A stretch of DNA of 64,000 nucleotides from Candidatus Omnitrophota bacterium (GTDB lineage: Bacteria; Omnitrophota; Gorgyraeia; Gorgyraeales; Gorgyraeaceae). Below the pieces are notes generated by a model. It was not told where the DNA came from, made no database searches, and saw nothing but the letters and a program-made list of their open reading frames with translations. Below, piece after piece: positions 26,591-36,131 of the stretch (the first letter of the stretch is position 1; every line of letters begins with the position of its first letter). Location: positions 22,038 through 86,037 of the forward strand of contig JBDRBM010000050.1 of assembly GCA_043822665.1 (NCBI GenBank). The letters are read 5' to 3'. The translations under genes were made by a program, and so were the position numbers.

Positions 26591-28099
26591 TCATTGTAAT
26601 CTCTCGCCTTTCTGGCTTAGGATACTCGCTGTCACAAAAATTAAAAGATTCTTTCTCTGGACATTGTCTGAATCTTTTCTAAACAACCCTCCCAATAAAG
26701 GTATATCTCCCAGAAACGGCACCTTGGTCCGCGTATTTGTCCTTGTCTCCTTAACCAGGCCGCCAAGGACAATAGTATCGCCGTTTTTCACAACTATATT
26801 AGTATTCAAATTCCTTGTGGTAAACTTCGGTAATTTTACTTCTCCGCTAAAAGTAAAGGCATCAGGGGTTGCCTCGCTCACCTCTGGATTTAATGTCAAT
26901 GTTATGGTCTCTTTATCAGCGCCCACGCTGGGCGTCACTTTAAGTATAATGCCTATATCCCTTGTTTCAAACCCCTGCGGCACATTTACGAACCTTGTCT
27001 CCCTCACGCCGTCAACCACGTCAAGAAAAGTCCCGTTGTTATTCAGGTCCTGTTTTATCAGGGTCGGCTCATATCTGGATGGATATACAAATTCGTCAGC
27101 TATCTCTATTGTAGCAGTCTGATTATTCAAGGTTGTAATCTTCGGGGCTGAAAGCGTCTTGAGTTTTGTCTTTCTCTGAAGGGCATGCAGCACTGCTGAA
27201 AACTGGGGTTTTGTAAGCATACCCTGATATGTAAGGTTAAGCCCTTCATTGGGCGCGCCAGTAAAGGCCGAAAAACTTGAGCCTGTACCGCCTGATAATT
27301 GCGTCACTGCCGCACCATCATCCTTAAAAAACACCAACGGAGTATCCAGTGTTAGATTAACGCCCAATTCGCTCAGGTCTGTCACATCTACCTCTATGAA
27401 TCTCGTCTCTATGAGGATCTGGGCCGCGTCTACATCAAGGTTATAAAGAATCTTTTCTACAACCTTTAAATTAGACGGCGTGTTCGTCACTATCAGGGCG
27501 CCTGTGCGTTCATCTAAATTTATCTTGGAGTCACTCGGCCATGCCACAGCATTCTCAAGCACGTCCTTAATTGTATTTACCTTTGATATGCTGGCTACAC
27601 CGCCGAGTCCACTGCTTATGTCACCGGAAACACTCTGATCGAATTCAGTAAACATGGCCAGGCCCTGATTCAAATAATAGATCCTGGTCTCTGGCGTCTC
27701 TTCTTCCATTGCGTCAAATGTATCCACCCACACAGCATTCTTCTCAACCCTATAGGCCAGCCCTTCATTCCTGAAAATATACTTCAAAAGGCCCTCGAGC
27801 TGCATATCTTTCACGCGTATGGTCACTTTTTTTTCATCCGGTTTAACGCTATTGCCTAAAATGATGTTCACGCCTGTCGCGTCCGAGAGAAAATCAATAA
27901 CATAGCCAAGGCTTACGTCCCTGAAATCCACGGTTATGAGAGTCTCGAGCTTCTTTCTTATCTCGGGCACCAGGACCACAGAAAACTTATCTACATCAGA
28001 ACCGTCTCTAAGTGACCTTACTTCATAAGCGTATACAGACACTATACCGGCAAAAAAGACAGCTAATAAAAATACTGTAAAGACGCGCCTTTTTATCAT
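26591..28099 (-). CDS. Secretin (PilQ/GspD family), short paralogue
   Basis: Signal peptide, STN/N domains, LSAPKITTLNNQ, KVPFLGDIPLLGGLF, NLLIFVT. Confidence 0.92.
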   Translation of the reverse strand: MIKRRVFTVFLLAVFFAGIVSVYAYEVRSLRDGSDVDKFSVVLVPEIRKKLETLITVDFRDVSLGYVIDFLSDATGVNIILGNSVKPDEKKVTIRVKDMQLEGLLKYIFRNEGLAYRVEKNAVWVDTFDAMEEETPETRIYYLNQGLAMFTEFDQSVSGDISSGLGGVASISKVNTIKDVLENAVAWPSDSKINLDERTGALIVTNTPSNLKVVEKILYNLDVDAAQILIETRFIEVDVTDLSELGVNLTLDTPLVFFKDDGAAVTQLSGGTGSSFSAFTGAPNEGLNLTYQGMLTKPQFSAVLHALQRKTKLKTLSAPKITTLNNQTATIEIADEFVYPSRYEPTLIKQDLNNNGTFLDVVDGVRETRFVNVPQGFETRDIGIILKVTPSVGADKETITLTLNPEVSEATPDAFTFSGEVKLPKFTTRNLNTNIVVKNGDTIVLGGLVKETRTNTRTKVPFLGDIPLLGGLFRKDSDNVQRKNLLIFVTASILSQKGERLQ

Positions 28100-30723
28100 T
28101 GTTCCCGCCCTACCTGGTCAGCTTGCGGCGAAACCGGTACGCTTGCCATTATATTGTCCTCTTTATTTAGAACAGTGGCTGTAACAAATATTAAAAGATT
28201 CCTGCGCTCTTTGCTGTCTATGCTTTTCCTGAATAACCCGCCTACAAACGGCAGATCCCCCAGCAATGGAACCTTTGTCTTTATATTGGTATCTGTCTCT
28301 TTTATAAGCCCTCCCAGCATCACTGTCTCTCCGCTCTCAACTATAACACTCGTCGAGAGATTTCTTGTCTTGAATTGCGGTATTGAAACATCTCCTGAAT
28401 AGGAAAAAGAACCTGAATCCTCGCTTACTTCCGGAGTCAATGCCAGGGTGATAGTCTTATTGTCCGCGCCAACGCTCGGTTTAACATGTAATAAGATGCC
28501 TACGTCTCTGGTTACGAAATCCTGTGGTATATTAGCCCATTCTGTCTCACCCGCGTCATCAAAATCTCCATCTCCGTTTATATCGAATTGCACAAGACTA
28601 ACCTCATACCTTGTAGGATAGATATATTCGTCTATAACTTCTATTGTCGCTCTCTGATTATTTAACGTTGTTATCCTCGGCGCGGACAAAGTCTTCACAT
28701 TCTGCTTTTCATTTAGGGCATGCATCACGGCCTGAAACTGCGGGTGGCTCAGGATCCCCTGGTATGTAAGATTAAAGCCTTCGTCTGATCTTGTAAAATC
28801 TGAAAAATCCACTCCGCCTCCGGAAGAAAATCCATGTATATTCTGTTTTGAGTTAGTCTGTTTAACCCCCCAATCACTATTGAGCTTCCATTCTATGCCA
28901 AGTTCATCCGTATCAGTAACCTTTACCTCTAAAAACCTGGCCTCGACCAATACCTGCACAGGCGTAACATCCAATGTATAAAGAAGATTCTCTATTGTTT
29001 CGAGGTTTGAAGGTATATTGCTTATTATCAGGGCTCCTGTGCGTTCATCCAGCGTCAATTTAGAGTCCTTTGGCCAATCCACGGCATTCTCGAGGATATC
29101 TTTAACCGTCTTCACCTCCGTAGAGGATGCGCTGGAGTCTTTACCGCCAGAAGAAACATTAAAGTCAGTAAACCTGCCTATGCCCTGGTTCAAAAAATAT
29201 ACCCTGGTATCTATGCTTTCATTTTTCAGCTCTTCTTTGGTCGCGACCCATACCGCGTCCTCTTCTATCCTGTAAACAAGATCTTGGGCTTTCAATATAT
29301 ACCTCAGGGCATCCTCAAGCGGCATATCTTTTATCTTCATGGTCACCTTTTTTTCAGACATCTCTATCTCACTTGAAGGCACTATATTTACGCCTGTGGC
29401 ATCTGATAAAAAAGAAAGCACATAATCAAGCTCCACATCTTTAAAATCCACGCTTATGGGTATCCCGAGCCTCTGCCTCACCTCAGGCACTTTCACGATG
29501 GGGGTTATCTTCTTCTTGTTTTCCAGAGTCCCTGTCTTTATCTCAGGAAGTAAATGTTTCTTCGCTACTTCCAGAAGCATCTTTTCTTCTGTGATTTCCC
29601 TGGCTCTACCCAATGCCTTTTCTTCAAGATGTATTTTCTGCAATTCTATATAATGCCCTATATCTTTAAATCTCTCGTTTTCAGGGAATTCTTCCATGGC
29701 CTGCGTCAGTGTTTTCTCCGCATCCTCAAAGTTATTGTCTCTTACCTGCTGGCGTATGGTATTCATCAACCCGTCTAATTTAGCTATCTTCTCCCTTATT
29801 ATCCGATCTTTAAGCCTTGCCTCGAAAATCTTCCTAAGTCTCGTTTTCTGCCTGTCCATCTTCTCTTTCTGCTTTAGCCTTAACTCTTCTTTAAGCGCCA
29901 GGCGTTTCTTTTCCTGTTCTAATTCCATATTAGCCTCCCTGGCCGCCTCCATCCTGACCAATAATTCCTTTTCTTCGTTTTCTTTTATCTGGGCCTGGGC
30001 CCTTTCTATAAAAGAATCTGACTGGCTGGCTAGTCTATTTTCCCGATCCAATTCCTTGACTCTTTTAAATTCCACTATGGCAGCCGGGTAATTTTGTTCG
30101 TTATAATATCCAAGGGCCCTCTCGTATGTGGACCGTACCTTTTTTTCCAGCTCAAGCGCCTTTTTTTTCTCAGTTTCTTCGGCAGAGCTTCTTTTTAACT
30201 CCTCTTCGCGTTTAATGCGCTTTTCTTCCTCTTCGCTGGCCTTTCTTACATTCTTCTCTGCCTCCTGCTGAACAACCTTTTCCGCTTCGCTTATAACATC
30301 GTTTTTCATCCTGGCCCATTTTCTATCCTCCAGAACAAGTCTCTCGCTGAGCCTGTCCTTTGATTTCTCAATATAGATCTCGGCAAAAGGCGTGAAATAT
30401 GATTCGTTCTGGGATTTTTCTATAGCCATCAGGTTTTCAAACACAGCAATAGCTTCTTCATATTTACCGCTTTCAAAAAGAGACATGGCTTTTTCAAAAT
30501 ATTTGCGAAGATCGACCCTTGAATACATCGCGGCCCTATTATTGTAAGCCGACGGCGAAGCCAAGGCAAAGGCCTGACTAAAAAATATGGACGAAAATAC
30601 GCCCACTAGCATAAAAACGCTTATTTTACATAATAATTTATGGTATGGAATTTCAAAAAGCAAAATTCCAACCACTGAAAATCTCAGAAAGTTATCGCCG
30701 AAAGCGATTTTCTTGTTTTTCAT
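28096..30723 (-). CDS. Secretin with N-terminal TPR/coiled-coil extension
   Basis: TPR-like helices and charged coiled coil, then secretin motifs LSAPRITTLNNQ and KVPLLGDLPFVGGLF. Confidence 0.9.
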   Translation of the reverse strand: MKNKKIAFGDNFLRFSVVGILLFEIPYHKLLCKISVFMLVGVFSSIFFSQAFALASPSAYNNRAAMYSRVDLRKYFEKAMSLFESGKYEEAIAVFENLMAIEKSQNESYFTPFAEIYIEKSKDRLSERLVLEDRKWARMKNDVISEAEKVVQQEAEKNVRKASEEEEKRIKREEELKRSSAEETEKKKALELEKKVRSTYERALGYYNEQNYPAAIVEFKRVKELDRENRLASQSDSFIERAQAQIKENEEKELLVRMEAAREANMELEQEKKRLALKEELRLKQKEKMDRQKTRLRKIFEARLKDRIIREKIAKLDGLMNTIRQQVRDNNFEDAEKTLTQAMEEFPENERFKDIGHYIELQKIHLEEKALGRAREITEEKMLLEVAKKHLLPEIKTGTLENKKKITPIVKVPEVRQRLGIPISVDFKDVELDYVLSFLSDATGVNIVPSSEIEMSEKKVTMKIKDMPLEDALRYILKAQDLVYRIEEDAVWVATKEELKNESIDTRVYFLNQGIGRFTDFNVSSGGKDSSASSTEVKTVKDILENAVDWPKDSKLTLDERTGALIISNIPSNLETIENLLYTLDVTPVQVLVEARFLEVKVTDTDELGIEWKLNSDWGVKQTNSKQNIHGFSSGGGVDFSDFTRSDEGFNLTYQGILSHPQFQAVMHALNEKQNVKTLSAPRITTLNNQRATIEVIDEYIYPTRYEVSLVQFDINGDGDFDDAGETEWANIPQDFVTRDVGILLHVKPSVGADNKTITLALTPEVSEDSGSFSYSGDVSIPQFKTRNLSTSVIVESGETVMLGGLIKETDTNIKTKVPLLGDLPFVGGLFRKSIDSKERRNLLIFVTATVLNKEDNIMASVPVSPQADQVGREQ

Positions 30724-31286
30724 TTACCTTTAGACTCCGGCCCTTCATCTTTAGCGCTGCTTTTCTCTTTATCCTCTCTTTTGACAGCGCTCAATATTAC
30801 TTCTTCGCCGCCTTTCTTCTTCAGGACAACACTGCTCTCGTCTATGCTGGATACAAGAAAATCTCCAACCATGTCACCTTCCTGGACAAAGGAGCTTTTG
30901 CCTGTATTCTGATCCTCTATAATCACCATGACCTTTGCGCCCATCATCACCCTGCCTTTATATTTAAGTACGGCCTTTTTAGGGAGCTCTTTAACAGGTA
31001 TAGGTTCGGCCTTTTTAATCTTTTCTTCAGGCTTTATCCTGAAAAACAGGCTTCTGTCCAGGAGACTTTTATAGTTTTCGATATCTTCAGCAACTTTCAT
31101 CTTTACAAAATCCCATTTATCTCTTTCTTCTTTTATCTTGACCTTTGACCTCTTAGAAACCAGCTCTATATCTTGTTTCAACTCTTCTACCGCTGCCTTT
31201 TTATTGCCCTGCGAGGTAAGGCCAAGTATCAAAATAGCGGCAAAGATTGCTGCAAGAAGCCAAAATATTATCTTTTCTTTAATCAT
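30720..31286 (-). CDS. PilP/GspC-like membrane-anchored protein
   Basis: N-terminal TM; YKG...VQEGDMVGDFLVSSID beta-domain; position before the secretins. Confidence 0.6.
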   Translation of the reverse strand: MIKEKIIFWLLAAIFAAILILGLTSQGNKKAAVEELKQDIELVSKRSKVKIKEERDKWDFVKMKVAEDIENYKSLLDRSLFFRIKPEEKIKKAEPIPVKELPKKAVLKYKGRVMMGAKVMVIIEDQNTGKSSFVQEGDMVGDFLVSSIDESSVVLKKKGGEEVILSAVKREDKEKSSAKDEGPESKGK

Positions 31287-32046
31287 TATCCTTGGCCCTC
31301 GTTATCTTAAACGTGCTCAATACAAGACTGGCTTCTATCTGATCAACACCTGTTTCGCTGCTTCTGATGTGTACTTCTTTCACTGAAACAGGCGGGCTGG
31401 CATTTTTTAGCCCCACCAGAAGCCCTATAAAGGCCTCGGTACCGGTCTTTATAGATATCTGCACAGGTAATTCTGTATAAAACACCTTTTTGCTTAAGGG
31501 TTCTATATAATCTATTGCCTTGAGCGGTTTTATAGCCGAAAATTCTACGCTATTGTTTTTTAATAGAGTGTCAACTGCCAGCTCAACTATCTCAAGCTGT
31601 CTCAATAAAGAGTCTACCATATTTTCTTTTGGAAGCCCGTCTCCGAATCCAAGATTTTGAGGAATCTTGATGTCTCTGGAGGATGCCTCTTCTGAGAACT
31701 TCTTTATACAACCGTGGAGCCTTTCTATGAAATACAGGCCTGCCTCGCTATTTGTCTCAGAAATGCGTGTCTTCTGCGGGTCAATAAAATCCTCGAGCTC
31801 TTCTAATTTCGACTTCATGCCAGTTTCTTCTTTCTTGAGTTTCTCAAAACCTTCTCTTGAAGGAAGGGTGCCTGTGCGGGCAATATACTTTTTCATCTCT
31901 AAGGTCTTGCGTTCAAGTTCTTCATCCAATATTGAACTGCCTTCTTTTAAAAATGGGCTCAGGACAAAAAAGTAGAGCCCCGCTGCAACCGCAAGCGTCA
32001 GTATGCCCTGTTTAAAAATAGTCTTTTCTCTGGCTGTTTTGAACAT
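31279..32046 (-). CDS. PilO/Amuc_1100-like protein
   Basis: N-terminal TM, coiled coil, LGF, LRQLEIVE, ELPVQI; position after the pilM/N fusion. Confidence 0.6.
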   Translation of the reverse strand: MFKTAREKTIFKQGILTLAVAAGLYFFVLSPFLKEGSSILDEELERKTLEMKKYIARTGTLPSREGFEKLKKEETGMKSKLEELEDFIDPQKTRISETNSEAGLYFIERLHGCIKKFSEEASSRDIKIPQNLGFGDGLPKENMVDSLLRQLEIVELAVDTLLKNNSVEFSAIKPLKAIDYIEPLSKKVFYTELPVQISIKTGTEAFIGLLVGLKNASPPVSVKEVHIRSSETGVDQIEASLVLSTFKITRAKDND

Positions 32047-32048
32047 GA

Positions 32049-33572
32049 TTAACTCTCTCCAGTCACAACATCCATAGTAATGCTGAATTTCACTATCTCT
32101 TCACCGGTCTTCTCGTCCGTATCTATGGAAGAAGATATGGGTTTGACTTCTCTAAGCCGGGACGAGGACTTCAGGCTCGAGACAAAATTATTAACAGCCT
32201 GGTACGACAATGCCTTCCCTCCTAAATCTAATCTGCCAAGTCCACTCTGTTCCAGCGACATAATCCCAGAGACATCTGTAATCCAGACATCTTTAGGTAA
32301 TATATCCGAAATGGCCTTAAACACAGAGAGCCAAATAGCCCTTGAGCCTTGGGTCTGGTATAAGATATCTGTTTTTGCCTTTAAAATATCTTCCCTATCC
32401 TGCAGTTGTTTTATCTTTGGCTCGTATGTATTATACAGATCCAGCATCTTGTCGATCTCGTCAAGCTTCACCCTTTTTACAGCATAATCCTGTCTCATAA
32501 AAACAGAAAAACTTATCACTACCAGCGCGGCCATTATAATGGAAAGTCTGGTATACAGGTTCTTCTGCCTTGATATACGGGATACAGAAAGTATCTCTTT
32601 AAGAAAATTTATCTCTATCTTAAGAGATGTAAGGCCGCGCAGCGCCAAGCCAACTGCTATCGAAAACTGGCTCTTGATTCCTTTTTCCTGCAGGCTCGCA
32701 AAGACCTCTTTGGAGACCCGAAGTTTTCTGAACGGGTCAAATGTCTTTGGTTTTACATTGAGTCTTTCGGCTATGCGGGATTCAAGCCCGTCTATAGCGC
32801 TGCCCCCGCCTGTCAGGATTAATTCGTCGAGCTTTTTCTCTCCCTTAAGCTCTTCTCCTTCCTGCATGAAATAATATTCTATGGAACGCTCTATCTCTCC
32901 GGCAAGTTCATCTATGCCCTGGTCTTTTGCCTCTTCAATGCGCTCGGCCGCTATAGGAAAACTCCTTACCCAGATATTGCCTTTTTTAAATATAACAAGG
33001 TTTGTGGCCTTTGTGCCTATATCCAGGATAATACCCAGGCCTTCTTCCTTGTAATCCTCATTAAATACCATACAGTTATACAGGCTAAGGGGGGATACAT
33101 CGATAACTCTAGTGGATAACTTTATGCTGTTTAATTTAGAGGTCATTTCATCTACCAGATTCTTTTTTATGGCGGCGATAACCGCCTTCTTTGTGGCCTT
33201 TGAGCCTGTATCAAGTAAACACCAGTCCCATGCGACCTCGTTCATGGAAAAAGGTATCTGGTTCTGCGCCTCGAACCTCATGGTCTGCCTTAACTTATCT
33301 TCTTTGGCCTGAAGGAGCTTTACAAACCTGATAAAGACAGATTGGCCAGCGGCGCAAATATTAACACTGCGGCCTTTTATATTATTCTCTGATAATAACT
33401 GCGATATCAATTGAAATGTTATTTTGTCCCTGTCCAGCTTCACGTCTTTAGGGATCTCCTTTATGCCAAATTTATTTAATATAATATTATCCCCTGACCT
33501 CTTCAGTTCTACGAGCTTTATAAAATGACTGCCTATATCCAGCCCTATAGAGCTTTTACTGAACTTTCGCAT
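32049..33572 (-). CDS. pilM: PilM-PilN fusion
   Basis: IGLDIGS..IKLVEL actin-like fold, LTGGGS, AVGLALR, INFL, TM helix, PilN-like LPKDVWIT. Confidence 0.88.
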   Translation of the reverse strand: MRKFSKSSIGLDIGSHFIKLVELKRSGDNIILNKFGIKEIPKDVKLDRDKITFQLISQLLSENNIKGRSVNICAAGQSVFIRFVKLLQAKEDKLRQTMRFEAQNQIPFSMNEVAWDWCLLDTGSKATKKAVIAAIKKNLVDEMTSKLNSIKLSTRVIDVSPLSLYNCMVFNEDYKEEGLGIILDIGTKATNLVIFKKGNIWVRSFPIAAERIEEAKDQGIDELAGEIERSIEYYFMQEGEELKGEKKLDELILTGGGSAIDGLESRIAERLNVKPKTFDPFRKLRVSKEVFASLQEKGIKSQFSIAVGLALRGLTSLKIEINFLKEILSVSRISRQKNLYTRLSIIMAALVVISFSVFMRQDYAVKRVKLDEIDKMLDLYNTYEPKIKQLQDREDILKAKTDILYQTQGSRAIWLSVFKAISDILPKDVWITDVSGIMSLEQSGLGRLDLGGKALSYQAVNNFVSSLKSSSRLREVKPISSSIDTDEKTGEEIVKFSITMDVVTGES

Positions 33573-33761
33573 CTACCGTGTCCTTCCCATTATCGCCTTA
33601 AGTCTTTTTATCTCGTCTTCTGTGTACTCGCGCCATCCATTCAGGGCATTACGTCCTGGTTTCGGGAATACCTTTTTATTTTCATATCTTATCAAAGTCT
33701 GTTTGGATATACCCAGAAACTGAGCAGTCTGTTCAGCTGAATAATATTTTACCTTTTTCAT
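33573..33761 (-). CDS. Small MerR-type HTH protein
   Basis: AQFLGISKQTLIRYE, NGWREYT; GAGGTG RBS before MKKVK; abuts pilM. Confidence 0.85.
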   Translation of the reverse strand: MKKVKYYSAEQTAQFLGISKQTLIRYENKKVFPKPGRNALNGWREYTEDEIKRLKAIMGRTR

Positions 33762-33792
33762 AAAAAGCACCTCGTTCATTAATGACTCCATT

Positions 33793-33965
33793 TCAAGTTA
33801 ACTCGCTTCGCTCGTAACTTGTCCAAAGGGGCTTCGCCCCTATGGCGCTCCGCAATGCTCCTATTCGTCGCATTTCTCCGCTGTTACCCCTTGAGGGGGT
33901 GCCTACACCCCCTCAAACTCCTCCAGCAGTATTTAGGAAAGTATTTTATACTTTCCTAAATACTG
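33793..33965. repeat. Cluster of stacked hairpins
   Basis: CAAGTTA..CTCGCTTCGCTCG..TAACTTG; AGGGGCTTCGCCCCT; TTGAGGGGGTG..CACCCCCTCAA; CAGTATTTAGGAAAGTA..TACTTTCCTAAATACTG. Confidence 0.7.
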
Positions 33966-34053
33966 TAAAAATAATTTACCTAGAACAAAAAACCCCTGAT
34001 AGGGGGTGATATAACTATATACTACCTGATAGTATTTGTCAAGGAAAGGCATT

Positions 34054-34167
34054 GGCTCATAGCTCATAGATCATAGCTCATCATATTGAAAACAAAAGAG
34101 TTACAAAAAAATAGGGGGTTAGAATTTTCTTATCTAACCCCCCTATGACCTATGAGCTATGAGCTAT
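34054..34167. repeat. Inverted heptamer arrays (AGCTCAT)x4 / (CTATGAG)x3 flanking a terminator
   Basis: Arrays at 34054-34081 and 34143-34167. Confidence 0.8.
34105..34146 (-). terminator. Intrinsic terminator
   Basis: ATAGGGGGTTAGA/TCTAACCCCCTAT stem with a T-run on the minus strand, downstream of 34169-35992. Confidence 0.75.
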
Positions 34168-34168
34168 T

Positions 34169-35992
34169 TTACTCTTCTTTCCAGAACCTAAATGGTTTCT
34201 TCTTTTGTGATTCTGGCTTTATAGCGCCTTTTGTGTTTATAGTCCATGTCCTTTCTTCAGGCACTGGATCTATCTCATCGGAGTCTATTTCGCCGTTATT
34301 ATTTACGTCTTTTGCGGCCTGGACTTTAAAATAGTGATTACCTTCTGATAGGCCCTCTTTCTTTGCGGAGTTCTCGATTAACCAGTCAGACCACTCCTCA
34401 TTGTCAAACTTCCATCTGAACACACATCCGCTTGTAGTAGCCTTAAATGTAAACAGGGCCTCTGTGGAAGCGGTAATAAGATTTGGCCCGCTGGTTATTA
34501 TGGTGTCCGGCGCTATTATTACAAGCTCTATGGTATCATTAAATATCTCGGATGTATTACCCGCGTTATCCTTAAACTTCACATAGACCTTTCTCGTGCC
34601 GCTTATAGCAGGCAATATCCAGTTATCCTTTTTAACGCTAAACGACTCCCATGGTTCAGTATCAAATACTCCGTCATTAGAGACAGACATGCTCTTAATG
34701 CCTGTATTGGAATCAACCGCGTTTATGGTTAGACTTACATAAACAGAATTGGTAAGCGAATCCTGATTGTTAATAATTATCGAGCCAGTGGGAGCAGCTG
34801 TATCCACAACGAAACTCCAGACCAGCGGCGAGGTCTTATTGCCCACGATATCGCTCACTTCAAACGATACGACATTGTCGCCATCGCTCAAAGGTATTGA
34901 AGGGACATAAATTACGCTTTGAATATTCTGGTCATAACTTGCCTGGACACTCGCGTGATTTATCTTCATTGTTATGCCATCAGGATTAACGCCGCTTTTA
35001 TCATCTGAAACACTTATGGAAATAGTAGGGGCATCAGTAGCCATAATAGTCCCGTTAGAAGGAGAATAATTCCCTACCACAGGAGAGCCCCTGTCTATCC
35101 ATATCTCAAAATTAGCGGTTTCTGTCCAGTTTCCAGCTGTATTCTGCGCCTTAAGATTAAACACCCTTACGCCATCATTAAGTAAGTTTCCCTGTGCCTG
35201 ATAGGACGTGCTCTTTGTATCAATCTGATCATCAGGTAAGCTGCCCCATGCATAGCTGTATCCGGCAACGTCTATTCCTGTAACAGGATATTCCCAATAG
35301 AGATAAGGCGTTGCGCATCCCTGCCATAATTTAGCAGGTATATTTGCGCCTGCGGGAGATACTCTTGCCCATATCACAGGGGCATCCAGGGCAGTTGTAC
35401 TAAGCCTGAAACCTCTCTGCGCCACCTGCCACCCTGAATAATCATAGCCATCGTTGACCCTTACACGCCACCTGTAACTAATACCCTGCTCATCTGTAGG
35501 AAGTATTGGGGTCGTAAAACTGTTATCGGAAGAAGAGATAAGAGTAGAGTCCACTATAAAGGTCTTAAAATTATCCTTTGAAACCTGGACCTGGTAATAA
35601 CGCTGTGGGTCTGTATCCTTGTCTTCATATGACCAGCTAAGTGCCGGAGTATCATCTAAAACAATTTCACCATCGTTAAAAGATGTAATGTTGACAGTGG
35701 GTATACTGTTCATGGTAGAAAGTATACCTGCGTAAATCTTGTAATTAGTGCCTATGGCGGGCTTGGTGCCCAAAGGAAAACCCATACTATTTTCAGCATT
35801 ATAACTGTCGGAGGCCCCTTTCATGCCTCCTCCGTCAACTGCCGCGGTATACAGCTTATAACTCTTACTGCTGGAAATAGCGGCCAAGGAAGTGCCTATA
35901 AAAATAAAAAAGACTATTATAAAAAATATAATAGCTTTTTTCTGTAAATTTATATTTCTGAAATTGAAATATAGATTAAGCATATTCAACAC
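34169..35992 (-). CDS. Secreted multi-Ig/FN3-like domain protein
   Basis: Signal peptide; YRWRVRV, VDTAAPTGSI, PDTIITSGP beta-sandwich repeats; DVNNNGEID Ca-type motif; true start may be downstream. Confidence 0.75.
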   Translation of the reverse strand: MLNMLNLYFNFRNINLQKKAIIFFIIVFFIFIGTSLAAISSSKSYKLYTAAVDGGGMKGASDSYNAENSMGFPLGTKPAIGTNYKIYAGILSTMNSIPTVNITSFNDGEIVLDDTPALSWSYEDKDTDPQRYYQVQVSKDNFKTFIVDSTLISSSDNSFTTPILPTDEQGISYRWRVRVNDGYDYSGWQVAQRGFRLSTTALDAPVIWARVSPAGANIPAKLWQGCATPYLYWEYPVTGIDVAGYSYAWGSLPDDQIDTKSTSYQAQGNLLNDGVRVFNLKAQNTAGNWTETANFEIWIDRGSPVVGNYSPSNGTIMATDAPTISISVSDDKSGVNPDGITMKINHASVQASYDQNIQSVIYVPSIPLSDGDNVVSFEVSDIVGNKTSPLVWSFVVDTAAPTGSIIINNQDSLTNSVYVSLTINAVDSNTGIKSMSVSNDGVFDTEPWESFSVKKDNWILPAISGTRKVYVKFKDNAGNTSEIFNDTIELVIIAPDTIITSGPNLITASTEALFTFKATTSGCVFRWKFDNEEWSDWLIENSAKKEGLSEGNHYFKVQAAKDVNNNGEIDSDEIDPVPEERTWTINTKGAIKPESQKKKPFRFWKEE

Positions 35993-35998
35993 AAGTTA

Positions 35999-36052
35999 GG
36001 CAGAACAAGCTTTGCGGTTACAACTCTATGTAGCTGCAAAGCTTGCTTTGCC
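35999..36052. repeat. Diverged family A REPIN
   Basis: GGCAGAACAAGCTTTGCGGTTACA-actcta-TGTAGCTGCAAAGCTTGCTTTGCC; an internally deleted inverted copy lies at about 60205-60239. Confidence 0.7.
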
Positions 36053-36131
36053 ATTCCGCACTTTCAAATTCCATACAATTAATTATATTCTCCCAGTCTT
36101 AAAAAATCAAGGGTTTTTTATCTTTTATGCC

